Positions 20,875 through 38,431 are shown, counted from the stretch's first letter. The stretch is 64,000 bases of DNA from Candidatus Multivorans sp. (GCA_965247095.1 OZ251997.1:3136001-3200000), one strand, 5' to 3'. Translations and numbers: made by a program. Notes: generated by a model from the sequence alone, not told the origin.

Positions 20875-22555
20875 TCAGAAGTCGGCCGCTAGTTCGCCGC
20901 GAAGGTACTGCTCGCGGAGGGACCGCCGCCGGACCTTGCCGCTGGTGGTGCGCGGAATCCTACCCCGGCGCACCAGGAGCAGATCGGCGAGCTGGATGCC
21001 CAGGGCGCGGCCGACGCTGCGGCCGACTTCGCTCCGCAGCAGGGCGGTGCTGCCGCGGTCGCCGCCGGTCTCCATCACCAGGATCGCCCGCTCGCCGTGC
21101 GGCGCGTCGACCGAGAAGGCGGCGGCGCGCTCGCGACCGCCGGCGCCGAGAACGGACTCGGCCACCCACTCGATCTCGTGCGGCATCACGTTCGAGCCGC
21201 CCAGGATGAGCAGCTCCTTGGTGCGGCCGGTGATGTGGACCTCGCCGGCAGCGCTCAGGAAGCCGAGGTCGCCGGTGTAGAGCCAGCCGTCGCGCAGCAC
21301 CTCGGCGGTCGCTTCCGGGTCGTTCCAGTACCCCAGCATCAGGGAGGGCGACCGCAGCCGGATCTCGCCCACTTCGCCCGCCGGCAGCGGGCGCCCGTCG
21401 GGCGCCGCGATCTCGATATCGGTGCGGTCCATCGGCGGGCCGTTCGACGTCACCTCCGGTCCGCCGCCGGACGGCGCCGCGGTGTGCAGGCCGTCGACGG
21501 TCTGGCTGATCGAGATGAGCAGCGTGTTCTCGGCCATGCCGTAGGCGGCGCGCAGGGCGCCCGGATCGAGGCCCGCGGCCTCGAAACGGCGGCTGAACTC
21601 GTGCATCGTGTCGGCGCGCACCATCTCCGAGCCGCTGCACACGTCACGCCAGCCGCTCAGATCGAGCGATGCCAGGCGATCGTCGCCGACCCGTTCGACG
21701 CACTGCCGGAAGGAGAAGTTGGGGGCCGCCGACATCGCGGTCTTCGTGCGCTTGAACTGCTCCAGCCATACCCAGGGCCGCGCCAGGAAGGCGCGCGGGT
21801 TGAGCATGATCAGGTCGGCGCCGGTAAGCAGAGAGCCGAGCAGGCAGCCTCCCAACCCCATGTCGTGGTAGAGCGGCAACCAGCCGACGAGGGCATCCAT
21901 CAGTTGTCCGCCGCGCGGAATCGCCACCGCTTCCATGCTGGCGCGGGCGCTCCAGGTCGCAGCAAAGTGGCCCACGACCACGGCCCTTTGGTGACCGGTC
22001 GAGCCGCTGGTCATCTGCAGGAAGGCCGGATCGTCGCCCCGCGGCGGCCGGCCGGCCGGTACCGGCGACGGACTCGTCGCGGCCAGGGCGGACTGCGAGA
22101 GCAGATTGGGACGCGACCCTCCGGCGGGCCCGACCGAGGCGATCTCCTGGACCTGATCGCTGACCGGGTCGGTGCAGACCATGTAGCGGGCGTCGAGCAA
22201 CTCGTTCACCGCGAGCGCCTTCTCGATCTGATTGCGGGGCGAGCCGAGCGTCCGCGGGGGCGCGACCGCCGCCGGCAGAGCGCCGAGGCGAACGGCGCCG
22301 AACCAGACCTGGAACCAGGGCCAGGAGGTCGGCAGGCACACCAGGATGCGGTCGCCGGGGCGGACGCCGAGGGTGATGAGACGACCCGCGGCAGCCTCGA
22401 TCTCGTCCAGCAGGAAAGGCCACGTGCGCCGGCCCTCCACCCGGCCGCGGCTGTCGATCAGCGTGATGCCGCGCTGCGGCCAAACTGACGCCGCTCGTTG
22501 AAGCGCCTCCAGCAGGGTCTCGGGGTGGTGCTCGCGGTTCGTTGCTGCGCCTGGA

Positions 22556-22563
<8 letters not shown>
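20875..22563 (-). CDS. Fatty acyl-AMP ligase-like adenylating enzyme
   Basis: AFLQMTSGSTG, WLPLYHDMGL, APNF, YGMAE, TGDLG, IPRTTSGKVRR. Confidence 0.85.
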
Positions 22564-26553
<3,990 letters not shown>

Positions 26554-26881
26554 GGCTGCCCTATCTGCAAGCAGCGGCAGCAAGGGGCAACCGCACCGCA
26601 TGGTCTCCGGCGCCCTCTCCTTGCCACGCAACGAGACCCTGAGCCTGCGAAGCCTGTCCCGTGACCTCGGCCGAATCGGCTTCTCGTGCGCAACGACCTC
26701 GCTCATTCTCCCTTGGAGCGCTGGATCTGAGGTTGCCTGGCTTGGGCGTGTCACTCACGGTTGACCTCCTCCCGTTTCCCCGGGGACCGGCTGACGACCG
26801 GGGCCGGCGGCGCGGTCCGACTCTACCCGCAGGCGCGCCGACACCGGCGGAATGGCAGCGGCGCCGGTGACTCGTTGGCCG

Positions 26882-26910
26882 GATGCGGGCGAGACGCCCG
26901 CGGTCCCAGG
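26882..26910. repeat. Intergenic REP-like palindrome
   Basis: GATGCGGGCGAGACGCCCGCGGTCCCAGG. Confidence 0.85.
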
Positions 26911-26961
26911 ACCGGATCCCAGAACCACGCCGACCTGCGGCGAATGCCTGTAGCAACTAGT

Positions 26962-28361
<1,400 letters not shown>

Positions 28362-28365
<4 letters not shown>

Positions 28366-29078
28366 CCGCGCTGTCGGTGAACATCGACCACGTCGCCACC
28401 GTGCGGCAGGCGCGCCTGGTGGGCTATCCGGACCCGGTCGAGGCGGCGCGGCTCGCCGAGGAGGCGGGAGCGTTCGGCATCACGGTGCATCTCCGCCAGG
28501 ACCGCCGCCACATCCAGGATCAGGACGTCGTCCTTCTCCGGCAGACGGTCGGCGGCCGGCTCAACCTCGAGATCGCGTCGGAAGAACCGATGCTGGAATT
28601 CGCCGAGCGCGTCGGCCCGCATCAGGTCACGCTGGTTCCGGAGCGCCCGGACGAGGTCACCACCGAGGGCGGCCTCGACCTGATCGGACGCGGCGACCAG
28701 GTGCGGAGCGCCGCGAAGCGTCTCGTCGCCGCCGGCATCCGGGTCTCCGTCTTCGTCGATCCGGCTCTCGACCAGATCGCGGCGCTCGACGACCAGGACG
28801 ACGTCACCGGCTTCGAGTTGAACACCGACGCCTACACCCGGGCCTCGGGCGCCGTTACTGTCGCCGAGTTCGCGAAGATCGAGGACGCCGCCGAGCGCGG
28901 CCTGGCCGCGGGCCGGGAGGCGTACGCCGGACATGGCCTGACCGTGGCCAATGTCGGCCCGGTGGCGACACTCGCCGGCATCAGCGAACTGAACGTCGGC
29001 CACTCGATCGTCTCGCGGGCGGTGCTGATCGGCATGACCGCTGCGGTGAGGGAGATGTTGGCGGCGATGCGGGCCTAG
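28362..29078 (+). CDS. pdxJ: Pyridoxine 5'-phosphate synthase
   Basis: NIDHVATVRQAR, HLRQDRRHI, TTEGGLD, AGHGL, ELNVGHSI. Confidence 0.95.
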
Positions 29079-29227
29079 GAGACTGCGCGGCAGAACGACC
29101 GGAGGCCGGCGCTTCGCGCCGGATGCCCGCGTTCCCAGGTCAGATCGTTCTACCGCGAAGCTTTGCATGGAACAAGCCATGTTTCCTGTGCGTCAGCGCG
29201 GCGCGGACGCCGCGACTCGACTCCTAG
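29075..29227. repeat. CTAG-flanked modular hairpin mosaic filling the entire pdxJ-glmM intergenic space
   Basis: CTAG at 29075-29078 and 29224-29227; module A at 29085-29157 (ends CGCGGCAGAAC / GTTCTACCGCG); module B at 29163-29227 is the reverse complement of 36992-37055 except for a 1-nt indel. Confidence 0.85.
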
Positions 29228-30591
29228 CCGAGTTCGGCCTCGATGACGCTGGCGATGCGGTCGCAAAGGTCCTCGATCTGTTGCTGGTCGGGGCCCTCGA
29301 TCATCACTCGGGCGAGCGGCTCGGTGCCGCTGTAGCGCAACAGGACGCGGCCGGAGGATCCGAGTTCCCGTTCCGCGGAGGCGACTGCGTCGGATAGAGC
29401 GGGCACGGTCGCAAGCGGCAGCTTCTCGCGCACGGCGACGTTGCGCAGGGTCTGCGGAAAGCGCTGGAAGCCGGCCGCCAGATCGGCGAGCGAGCGGCCG
29501 GATGAGGAGACGATCCCGGCCGCGGCGGCGGCGGTGAGCAGGCCGTCGCCCGTGGTCGCGAGGTTCAGGTCGAGCAGGTGGCCGGATTGCTCGCCGCCGA
29601 GCCGGATTCCCTCGCGGCGCATCGTCGCGGCGACCTCGCGGTCGCCGATGCCGCAGCGCAGCACCTCGACGCCGTGGCGCTCCAGCGCGCGCTCCAGCCC
29701 CATGTTCGACATCGTCGTCGCGACGATCCGCCGGCCGGGAAGTTCGTCCCGGGCCGCGAGGTGGGACGCCCAGACGTACAGCAGAACGTCGCCGTCGCAG
29801 ATGTGGCCGAGGTGATCGGAGAGGATGGCCCGATCCGCGTCGCCGTCGAGGGCCGCGCCGAGGTCGCTGCCGGTCTCGCGGGTGAAGGCGACAATCCGGT
29901 CGGTGCAGGTCGAACCGCAGTCCCGGTTGATGTTGCGGCCGTCGGGACGGTCGCAGGTGACGCGGCAGTCCGCCCCCAGAGCTCGGAACAGCCGTCCGGC
30001 GTGCGGCGCCGCGGCGCCGTTCGCGGCGTCGATGGCCACCCGAACGCCGTCGAGAGGACGGCCTCCCGGCAGCGAGGCCCACAGGTGATCCAGGTACCGG
30101 TCCGCGAGGCCGGCTTCTTCCGCGAGTCCAGCGGCCTGGCCGTGATCCTCCCACGGGACGCCCGCGTCCGCGCCGCCCGCGATCCGGTCTTCGATCGCCC
30201 GCTCGACCGAGGGGTCGACCTTGAAGCCGTCGGCCCCGATCAACTTGACGCCGTTGTCCGCGGAGGGATTGTGGCTGGCGGAGACGACGATGCCGCCCAT
30301 CGCGCCCAGTTCGGTGACCAGGAAGGCGACCGCGGGCGTGGGCACGATGCCGGCCGAACGCACATCGGCGCCCGCGGCGCGAACGGCGGCTGCAAGCCAG
30401 CCGGCAATCTCCTCCCGGCTGTCGCGGGTGTCGCCGCCGAGAATCAGAAGCGGCCGCGAGCCTGCCGGCGGCGCCGGCGGCAGGCTGAGGCGGGCAAACC
30501 AGTAACCGACCGCCTGGACGGTCGACCGGTCGAGCGGCGGCGTTCCGAAGACGGCCCGCATGCCGTCGGTGCCGAAGAGTCCCGCGCTCAA
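29224..30591 (-). CDS. glmM: Phosphoglucosamine mutase
   Basis: LFGTDG, SASHNP, DGDADR, GGEQSGH, RYSGTEP. Confidence 0.95.
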   Translation of the reverse strand: MSAGLFGTDGMRAVFGTPPLDRSTVQAVGYWFARLSLPPAPPAGSRPLLILGGDTRDSREEIAGWLAAAVRAAGADVRSAGIVPTPAVAFLVTELGAMGGIVVSASHNPSADNGVKLIGADGFKVDPSVERAIEDRIAGGADAGVPWEDHGQAAGLAEEAGLADRYLDHLWASLPGGRPLDGVRVAIDAANGAAAPHAGRLFRALGADCRVTCDRPDGRNINRDCGSTCTDRIVAFTRETGSDLGAALDGDADRAILSDHLGHICDGDVLLYVWASHLAARDELPGRRIVATTMSNMGLERALERHGVEVLRCGIGDREVAATMRREGIRLGGEQSGHLLDLNLATTGDGLLTAAAAAGIVSSSGRSLADLAAGFQRFPQTLRNVAVREKLPLATVPALSDAVASAERELGSSGRVLLRYSGTEPLARVMIEGPDQQQIEDLCDRIASVIEAELG

Positions 30592-31343
30592 GAACCTGCG
30601 CCGGACTGCGGCTGGCGTCCCTGGGTCATCGGCACTTCCACCCTCACGAAGGTTGGGAATTCGACCACGACGTGTTCGCTCTCGAAGCGCACGCGCGCCT
30701 GTTCTTCGACGAATCCGAGACCACGGCCATCGATGTCGATCGGCCCCGCCAGCGCATACCCCAACCTGTTGACCTCCGAGCGCGACCCCCGGACCGTGGC
30801 CAGGCGCGGCTCGATCCGCACATTGCCGTAGTCGACGCTGAAGCCGCCGATCGGTTCGCCTCTCCAGTCGACCTGTACCGGCACCTGAACCGAGATCTCC
30901 TCGTCGAGGGTCAGGGTCAACTGCTCGGGCGTGAGCGACACCACCTCGATGCCCTCCGCGTCCTCGGGGAGCACGACATTCTCCGTACTCAGAATGACGT
31001 CGACCTGTCGCGGGCCGCCGTACGTCGCGCCGCCGAAGAGGTTCTCTCCGAGCGGCACCCGGACCCGGATCTGATCCCGGTTCAGGGAGGCGATCGCGTC
31101 CTCGCTGCCCCGGATCAGAACGAAGAGCTCCTCCCTGGGATCTTCGGGCGAGCCGAGGATCGGCGAACCCAGGACCACCATCTGGTCGTGATCCTCCGTC
31201 GTGACCCGCGCCGGAACACTGTCCTCGACCGGCGGCACGGTCATCTCCTCCAGGCGGGGACAGAAGGAGGCCGGCAGCCAGATGCCGACCGCGATCGAGA
31301 CGGCAAGAGCCCGAAAGGCCCAGCGGTTGCGGCTCTCGTTCAT
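30588..31343 (-). CDS. CdaR/YbbR-like regulator
   Basis: N-terminal TM helix and YbbR-like repeats; lies between cdaA and glmM. Confidence 0.8.
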   Translation of the reverse strand: MNESRNRWAFRALAVSIAVGIWLPASFCPRLEEMTVPPVEDSVPARVTTEDHDQMVVLGSPILGSPEDPREELFVLIRGSEDAIASLNRDQIRVRVPLGENLFGGATYGGPRQVDVILSTENVVLPEDAEGIEVVSLTPEQLTLTLDEEISVQVPVQVDWRGEPIGGFSVDYGNVRIEPRLATVRGSRSEVNRLGYALAGPIDIDGRGLGFVEEQARVRFESEHVVVEFPTFVRVEVPMTQGRQPQSGAGS

Positions 31344-32110
31344 CAGCCCCCCTGAGCCAGCAGCAACTCGAAGAGTCGGTTGCGCAGTTCCCGCATGGTC
31401 AGATCGCCGCTCAGGCGACCCTCATGCGCGATCGAAACTCTGCCGTTCTCCTCCGAGACGACGACCACCACGGCGTCGTTCACCTCGGTGATGCCGATCG
31501 CAGCCCGGTGCCGCGTGCCGTGCTCGATCGAGACGCTGGCGCTGGTGGTCAGGGGCAGGAAGCACGCGGCGGCGGCGACCCGATCCTTCTGCACGATCAC
31601 GGCGCCGTCGTGGAGCGGCGTGCCGCGGGCGAAGATCGTCAGCAGCAGGTCGTAGGAGATCGAGGCGTCGAGCACGATGCCGTTCTCCACGTAGTCCCGC
31701 AGGCCGTCCACCCGTTCGATGACGATCAGGGCGCCCAGCCGTCGCAGGGACAGCGCCTGCGCCGCGAGCACGATCTCGTGGATCCCGGACTCCGGCGTCT
31801 GATCGCTCATCAGGCGCAGCAACGGGTTGCGACCGACCCGGCCGAGGGCGCTTCGGATCTGGTTCTGGAACAGGACCACGATGACCACCGGCAGCACGGG
31901 CAGCAGGTAGTTCAGCGAAGCCTCCAGCGTACGCAGCCTCACGGCCGCGGCGATCCACGCCGCTCCCAGCAGGACCAGGATGCCGAGCACGATCCGCATG
32001 CCCCCGGTGCCCCGGATCAGCAGCAGCAGGTTGTAGACGACGAGGCCGACGACCAGGAGGTCGACCAGATCCCTCCAACCTAGAAGCCCGAGCGGCTGTG
32101 CCAAGTCCAT
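31343..32110 (-). CDS. cdaA: Diadenylate cyclase
   Basis: Three N-terminal TMs; PLHDGA and GTRHRAA motifs. Confidence 0.93.
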   Translation of the reverse strand: MDLAQPLGLLGWRDLVDLLVVGLVVYNLLLLIRGTGGMRIVLGILVLLGAAWIAAAVRLRTLEASLNYLLPVLPVVIVVLFQNQIRSALGRVGRNPLLRLMSDQTPESGIHEIVLAAQALSLRRLGALIVIERVDGLRDYVENGIVLDASISYDLLLTIFARGTPLHDGAVIVQKDRVAAAACFLPLTTSASVSIEHGTRHRAAIGITEVNDAVVVVVSEENGRVSIAHEGRLSGDLTMRELRNRLFELLLAQGG

Positions 32111-32149
32111 CGCGCTCCGATCACCGTGGACGGTCGCCGCTGCGAATCT

Positions 32150-34147
<1,998 letters not shown>

Positions 34148-34299
34148 CTACTTCCAAACCTGCTCATTCACCTTCAGTCCTGCCTGTCGACGTTTCGGTC
34201 CTCGCTCATCCACGTTCGGTCGTCCTCATCGCGGAGTGACAACCACGCTCCGGCCGGCGAGATTCCTGTCCCGCAGGCAGCCGGACTGCAACAAGACTG

Positions 34300-35349
34300 T
34301 CACTCCGTCCCCGGTTCTTCAAGCAATTCAATTCTTTGATCCATAGCGAACGAAGGGCGCCGCAGCACTCTGAGCCGGTCGCGGCGCTGCTCCCAGCGCC
34401 AGCCGTCGCCGCAGTCGCAGCCGACGGACGCGCCGGTCTTGTGGCGCTGCCCGAGCTGCCGTTGCAACTCGCGCCGAGCCGCCCGCGTCGGCGGGTAGGG
34501 CGCACCGGCCAGGCGGTGAAGGCGGGCGAGCGCGGCCGGCCAGAGCGTCGGCGGCAGCCGGGTCAGGGCACAGGTGTCGATCTCGCAGCTCTGGCGGCCG
34601 GTCCGCGGTTCGAGAGCCTCGTCGAGCAACCGGCGAACGGTCGGCTCGGCGCCCTGGGCGGCCCGGGCCAGACGGCTCAGCCGGGCGGCGAGGTCCGGCG
34701 TCTCGGCCGCGAGAAGCGGCAGCAGGCGGCGGCGCACGAAGTTGCGGCGCGGTCCCGGGGCACGGTTCGTCGGGTCGTCGACCGGGCGCGTCCCCTGGTC
34801 GGTCACATAGCGGCGGAGAGGCCCGGGCTCGATGTCGAGCAAGGGCCGGAGCAACGGCAGGCCGAGGCGGTTCGATGCCGGGCGCATCGCGGCGAGACCG
34901 GCGGCGCCGCTACCGAAGAGAATGCGCAGCAGCACGGTCTCGGCCTGGTCCAGCCGGTGATGCGCGGTGACGATCGCCGCGGCGTCCAAGGACCGCGCCG
35001 CCGCGGTCAGGAGCCGGTAGCGCTCGGCGCGGGCCCACTCCTCGATGCTCCAGCCCGGCGGCATCTCTTCAGCGACCCTGAGTTCGAAGGCAACCCCGAG
35101 ATCATCGGCGATGCGTCGCGCCGCACGGGCGCGCCGGCCCGATCCCTCGTCGAGCCGGTGGTCGACGTGGACGGCGCTGGGCCTGAAGGCGAATCGGGAG
35201 GCGCAGGCGCGCAGGGCGATCAGCAGCGCGGACGAATCCGGTCCCCCGGAGAAGGCGACGACGAGCGCGGATCCGCGGATCGCACGGGTCAGTTCGGGAC
35301 GCCGCGCGAAGAACCGGGCGACTGCCCGCTCGATGGGGTGCGAGGGCAA
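34300..35349 (-). CDS. tilS: tRNA(Ile)-lysidine synthetase
   Basis: AFSGGPDS, HVDH, TAHHRLDQAET, LRPLL, DPTN; TTG start at 35349 inferred, and the frame stays open upstream to 35460. Confidence 0.9.
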   Translation of the reverse strand: MPSHPIERAVARFFARRPELTRAIRGSALVVAFSGGPDSSALLIALRACASRFAFRPSAVHVDHRLDEGSGRRARAARRIADDLGVAFELRVAEEMPPGWSIEEWARAERYRLLTAAARSLDAAAIVTAHHRLDQAETVLLRILFGSGAAGLAAMRPASNRLGLPLLRPLLDIEPGPLRRYVTDQGTRPVDDPTNRAPGPRRNFVRRRLLPLLAAETPDLAARLSRLARAAQGAEPTVRRLLDEALEPRTGRQSCEIDTCALTRLPPTLWPAALARLHRLAGAPYPPTRAARRELQRQLGQRHKTGASVGCDCGDGWRWEQRRDRLRVLRRPSFAMDQRIELLEEPGTE

Positions 35350-35353
35350 CGGA

Positions 35354-35430
35354 TGGTGGCGGTGGAGGGACTCGAACCCCCGACGCAGCGGATATGAGCC
35401 GCTTGCTCTAACCGGCTGAGCTACACCGCC
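35354..35430 (-). tRNA. tRNA with CAU anticodon (most likely elongator Met; Ile2 not excluded)
   Basis: GGCGGTGTAGCTCAG...CTCATAT...GTTCGAGTCC...CCGCCACCA. Confidence 0.93.
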
Positions 35431-35508
35431 CAATCGACGCGGAACCCTACCGGAATCCATACCGGTCTCGGCATTGCGGCCCGTCCCCCGAACGCGAACG
35501 TTGGCCGC

Positions 35509-35796
35509 TCAGGGGGACCGTTTGCGCAGGGAGTTCTGGCAGCTTCGGAACTGGCCGAAGAAACTGCGCATCGACTCGGAGAGCGCCTCGTCGTTCAACC
35601 GGTAGATCACGTTCTGGCCGCGCCGCTGGTCGATCACCAGGTCGGCCTCCTTGAGCACTGAGAGGTGCCTGGAGATGGTCGGCTGGGAGAGTTCGAACTC
35701 GCCGACGATGTCACCGACGCAACGTTGCTCGTCTTCGAGCAGCCGCAGTATGTCCTGCCGCGTTGAGTCCGAGAGGGCCTTGAAGACCTTCGTCAT
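35509..35796 (-). CDS. ArsR/SmtB family transcriptional regulator
   Basis: VFKALSDSTRQDIL, LSQPTISRHLSVLKEADLV. Confidence 0.9.
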   Translation of the reverse strand: MTKVFKALSDSTRQDILRLLEDEQRCVGDIVGEFELSQPTISRHLSVLKEADLVIDQRRGQNVIYRLNDEALSESMRSFFGQFRSCQNSLRKRSP

Positions 35797-36060
35797 TCTC
35801 CGGGAGCGACGGTGCCGGGGTTCGAGTCCGCTCAGCGAACCGCCGAGGCGTACGGATCGAGGTTCTGTGCTGTGTTCCACGGTCTCAGACCTCCAGTTAG
35901 TTCGGTCCTTGCCTGGCTCCGCCCTTTTTCCTGGCCCGGGGGCCCGGCAGACGGTGGGGCCACGGGGCCCAACGACCAAACGGCTAATGAACAGTTGCCC
36001 ATTATGACATAAGTTCCGCTCCACGTCTCGTGGAAAGAGGTCCGATGCGCCGCGAACACT

Positions 36061-36750
36061 TCAGGCCCTTGAGTTGAGCCTTCCCGGCACCTCCAGACCC
36101 CTGCTCCGCAGTTCCCGCCGCATGCGGCTGATCACCATCGCGACGGTAGCCGGCGCCAGCTCGACGGCGCTGGCGGCCTCGTGGGAACTCCAACCGTCCA
36201 CCACCATGCGCTCGGTGATCCAGGTGTCCCGGAGGCCTGTGGTGCGCTCACTCGCGACGCACCAGCATTCGCGCCGGAACCGGTACCGGAGTTCCTGGAC
36301 GTAGATGTCGTTGAACTGGCTTGTGGCCGCCCTCGGCAACTCCAACCGGTCGTTTTCGTCGGCCAGCCCTTCCCGGAGATCGATGTTCAGCTCGGCGGCG
36401 GGGTCGCGCTTGAGCGCCCGGCGGGCGCGTAGCCAGTCGACCAGAGCGCTGCGCGCGACGCTGCGCAGGTAGGACATGATCGTCGACTCCGTACGCCCCT
36501 TGCATCCGCGCAGCACCCGGCGGTTGTTCTGTAGCAGGCGGACGTAGGTCTCCTGGATGACTTCGTCCACGAGGTCGCGGGTCAAGCGCAGGCCGTAGCT
36601 TCGCCCCAACCCGACGAGCATGCAGCGCAGCGCCGGTTCGACTCGCTGGACCACGGGCGCCCAGTCGCCGTCGGGGGCGGCGCACCCGCGCCAGAGGATT
36701 GGAAATTCCTGCGACTCTTCGCACTCACGTTCATTGGTCTTTGGGTTCAT
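36061..36750 (-). CDS. ECF-type sigma-70-like factor
   Basis: DEVIQETYVRLL (region 2.2), YLRSVARSALVDWLR, C-terminal HTH-like region 4. Confidence 0.65.
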   Translation of the reverse strand: MNPKTNERECEESQEFPILWRGCAAPDGDWAPVVQRVEPALRCMLVGLGRSYGLRLTRDLVDEVIQETYVRLLQNNRRVLRGCKGRTESTIMSYLRSVARSALVDWLRARRALKRDPAAELNIDLREGLADENDRLELPRAATSQFNDIYVQELRYRFRRECWCVASERTTGLRDTWITERMVVDGWSSHEAASAVELAPATVAMVISRMRRELRSRGLEVPGRLNSRA

Positions 36751-36752
36751 CT

Positions 36753-36776
36753 TCCGCTCCAAGAAGGAGGAGCGGA
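36753..36776 (-). promoter_or_regulatory. SD-sequestering hairpin just upstream of the sigma-factor start codon
   Basis: Minus strand TCCGCTCC-N8-GGAGCGGA-AG-ATG. Confidence 0.55.
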
Positions 36777-36991
36777 GACACCCAAGGGGCAGTCCGGGGG
36801 AACCTGGGCGGTCCAGCCGGGACGGCCTTACCCACGAGTCGGCAAGGGCCGGCGAGCGTAGCACTCTCCGCGGCCTGATGGGAGACCTGGAGAGCCGGAA
36901 TTTGTTGCGCGCCGCTTCGCGGCCGTGGCCCAGACGCAGGCCAGAAGGCCCGCGCAACGGCCGGCGCAGGCAGGGATGCGCCTTCGGCGCC

Positions 36992-37208
36992 CTAGGAGTC
37001 GAGTCGCGGCGTCCGCGCCGCGCTGACGCACAGGAACATGGCTTGTTCCATGCAAGTACCCACAGCGGTATCGCTGCGCTGTCGCGCAGGGAACGACGCG
37101 GCGTCCGGATGCGGGCAGGATGCCCGCGTTCCCAGGAGCTTGTTCCATGCAAGCGTGCGCCACAGAACATGGGGGGTATGCCGATCTCCGTGCCGCGCAC
37201 GCTGCTAG
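36992..37208. repeat. CTAG-flanked modular mosaic (module B, REP, module A-like) ending at the rpmG stop
   Basis: CTAG at 36992 and 37205; REP at 37108-37136; GCTTGTTCCATGCAA twice (37041, 37138). Confidence 0.8.
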
Positions 37209-37360
37209 CGCATCTTCTCTTCGACGAACTCGACGTGTCGCCGGATCTTCGGGTCGTACTTCTTGAGCCTCAGCTTCTCACGGCTGAGCTTCTTGTTCTT
37301 CGTCGTCGTGTAGAAGTACCCGGTACCAGCGCTTGATACGAGCTTGATCTTTTCACTCAC
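37205..37360 (-). CDS. rpmG: 50S ribosomal protein L33 (Zn-free type)
   Basis: [20 protein letters not shown]...[13 protein letters not shown]; GTG start with SD GAGGT. Confidence 0.95.
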   Translation of the reverse strand: MSEKIKLVSSAGTGYFYTTTKNKKLSREKLRLKKYDPKIRRHVEFVEEKMR

Positions 37361-37427
37361 GTGGTGGTCACCTCTGATGAAACCCGGTGGCGAAGGGGAA
37401 GGGCGAAGGGGATAGGGCGGAGCGGAA

Positions 37428-37504
37428 TGGCGGGGCCGACGGGACTCGAACCCGCGACCTCCGGCGTGACAGGCCGGCATTCTAACCAGCTGAACTACGA
37501 CCCC
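37428..37504 (-). tRNA. tRNA-Asp(GUC)
   Basis: GGGGTCGTAGTTCAG...CTGTCAC...GGCCCCGCCA. Confidence 0.96.
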
Positions 37505-37610
37505 GTTGGTGTCCGTTTCCTCTTTCTCGCTATCTGAGTCGTCCTTCCTGGCCGCCGCAGCGGCACTGACTTCGGCACTTCTCCTGTTGGCGCGTACTGC
37601 AGAACCTCCA

Positions 37611-37685
37611 TGGTGGGAGGTGAGGGATTCGAACCCGCGACCCCCTGCGTGTAAAGCAGGTGCTCTACCCCTGAGCTAACCTCCC
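37611..37685 (-). tRNA. tRNA-Val(UAC)
   Basis: GGGAGGTTAGCTCAG...TTTACAC...CCTCCCACCA. Confidence 0.96.
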
Positions 37686-37831
37686 CGGCACCGACCCTCC
37701 GGCCGCCCGGCGGACATCGCAGGCCGCGCGATCTTAGGGCAGGCGCGGGACATCGTCAACGAAGAGCAAGGCCGCGTCACTCCGTGGCACAATCGCCCCG
37801 CCTAACCACCTTCTCACAGGAGTACCCGACC

Positions 37832-38431
37832 ATGCACGAAGTTCCGGATCTCGTATACCCGTTCGACGCGCTCGAGCCCCACATCGACGCGCGGACGATG
37901 GAGATACACCACGACAAGCACCACGCCGTCTACGTGGCGAACCTCAACGCGGCGCTGGACGGCCACCCGAATCTCGCCGCCATGAGCGTCGAGAACCTGC
38001 TCAGAAACATCGCCGACGTGCCCGACGCGATCCGCGGCGCGGTCCGCAACCACGGTGGCGGCCACGCCAACCACTCGCTCTTCTGGTCGGTCATGGGCCC
38101 GGGCGCCGGCGGTGCCCCCAGCGACGACCTGGCGACCGCGATCAACATCCGGTTCGGCAGCTTCGACCAGTTCCGGGAACGCTTCAAGGGCGTCGCGATG
38201 GGCCAGTTCGGCAGCGGCTGGGGTTGGCTCGTGACCAGCGACGACGGCCTCGCCGTGATCGCGCGCCCGAACCAGGATTCGCCGTTGATGGAGGGGTTGA
38301 CTCCCCTGCTCGGCGTCGACGTGTGGGAGCACGCCTACTACCTGAACTACCAGAACCGGCGGCCGGACTACCTGGACGCGTTCTGGAACGTCGTCGACTG
38401 GGATGCCGTGTCGGAGCGGTTCAGGGGATAG
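37832..38431 (+). CDS. sodA: Superoxide dismutase, Mn-type signature
   Basis: [37 protein letters not shown]. Confidence 0.92.
   Translation: MHEVPDLVYPFDALEPHIDARTMEIHHDKHHAVYVANLNAALDGHPNLAAMSVENLLRNIADVPDAIRGAVRNHGGGHANHSLFWSVMGPGAGGAPSDDLATAINIRFGSFDQFRERFKGVAMGQFGSGWGWLVTSDDGLAVIARPNQDSPLMEGLTPLLGVDVWEHAYYLNYQNRRPDYLDAFWNVVDWDAVSERFRG

Noticed and set aside
29224-32110. c-di-AMP module (cdaA-cdaR-glmM) in a diderm as a novelty
   Set aside because: This is a well-known conserved operon found in several phyla.
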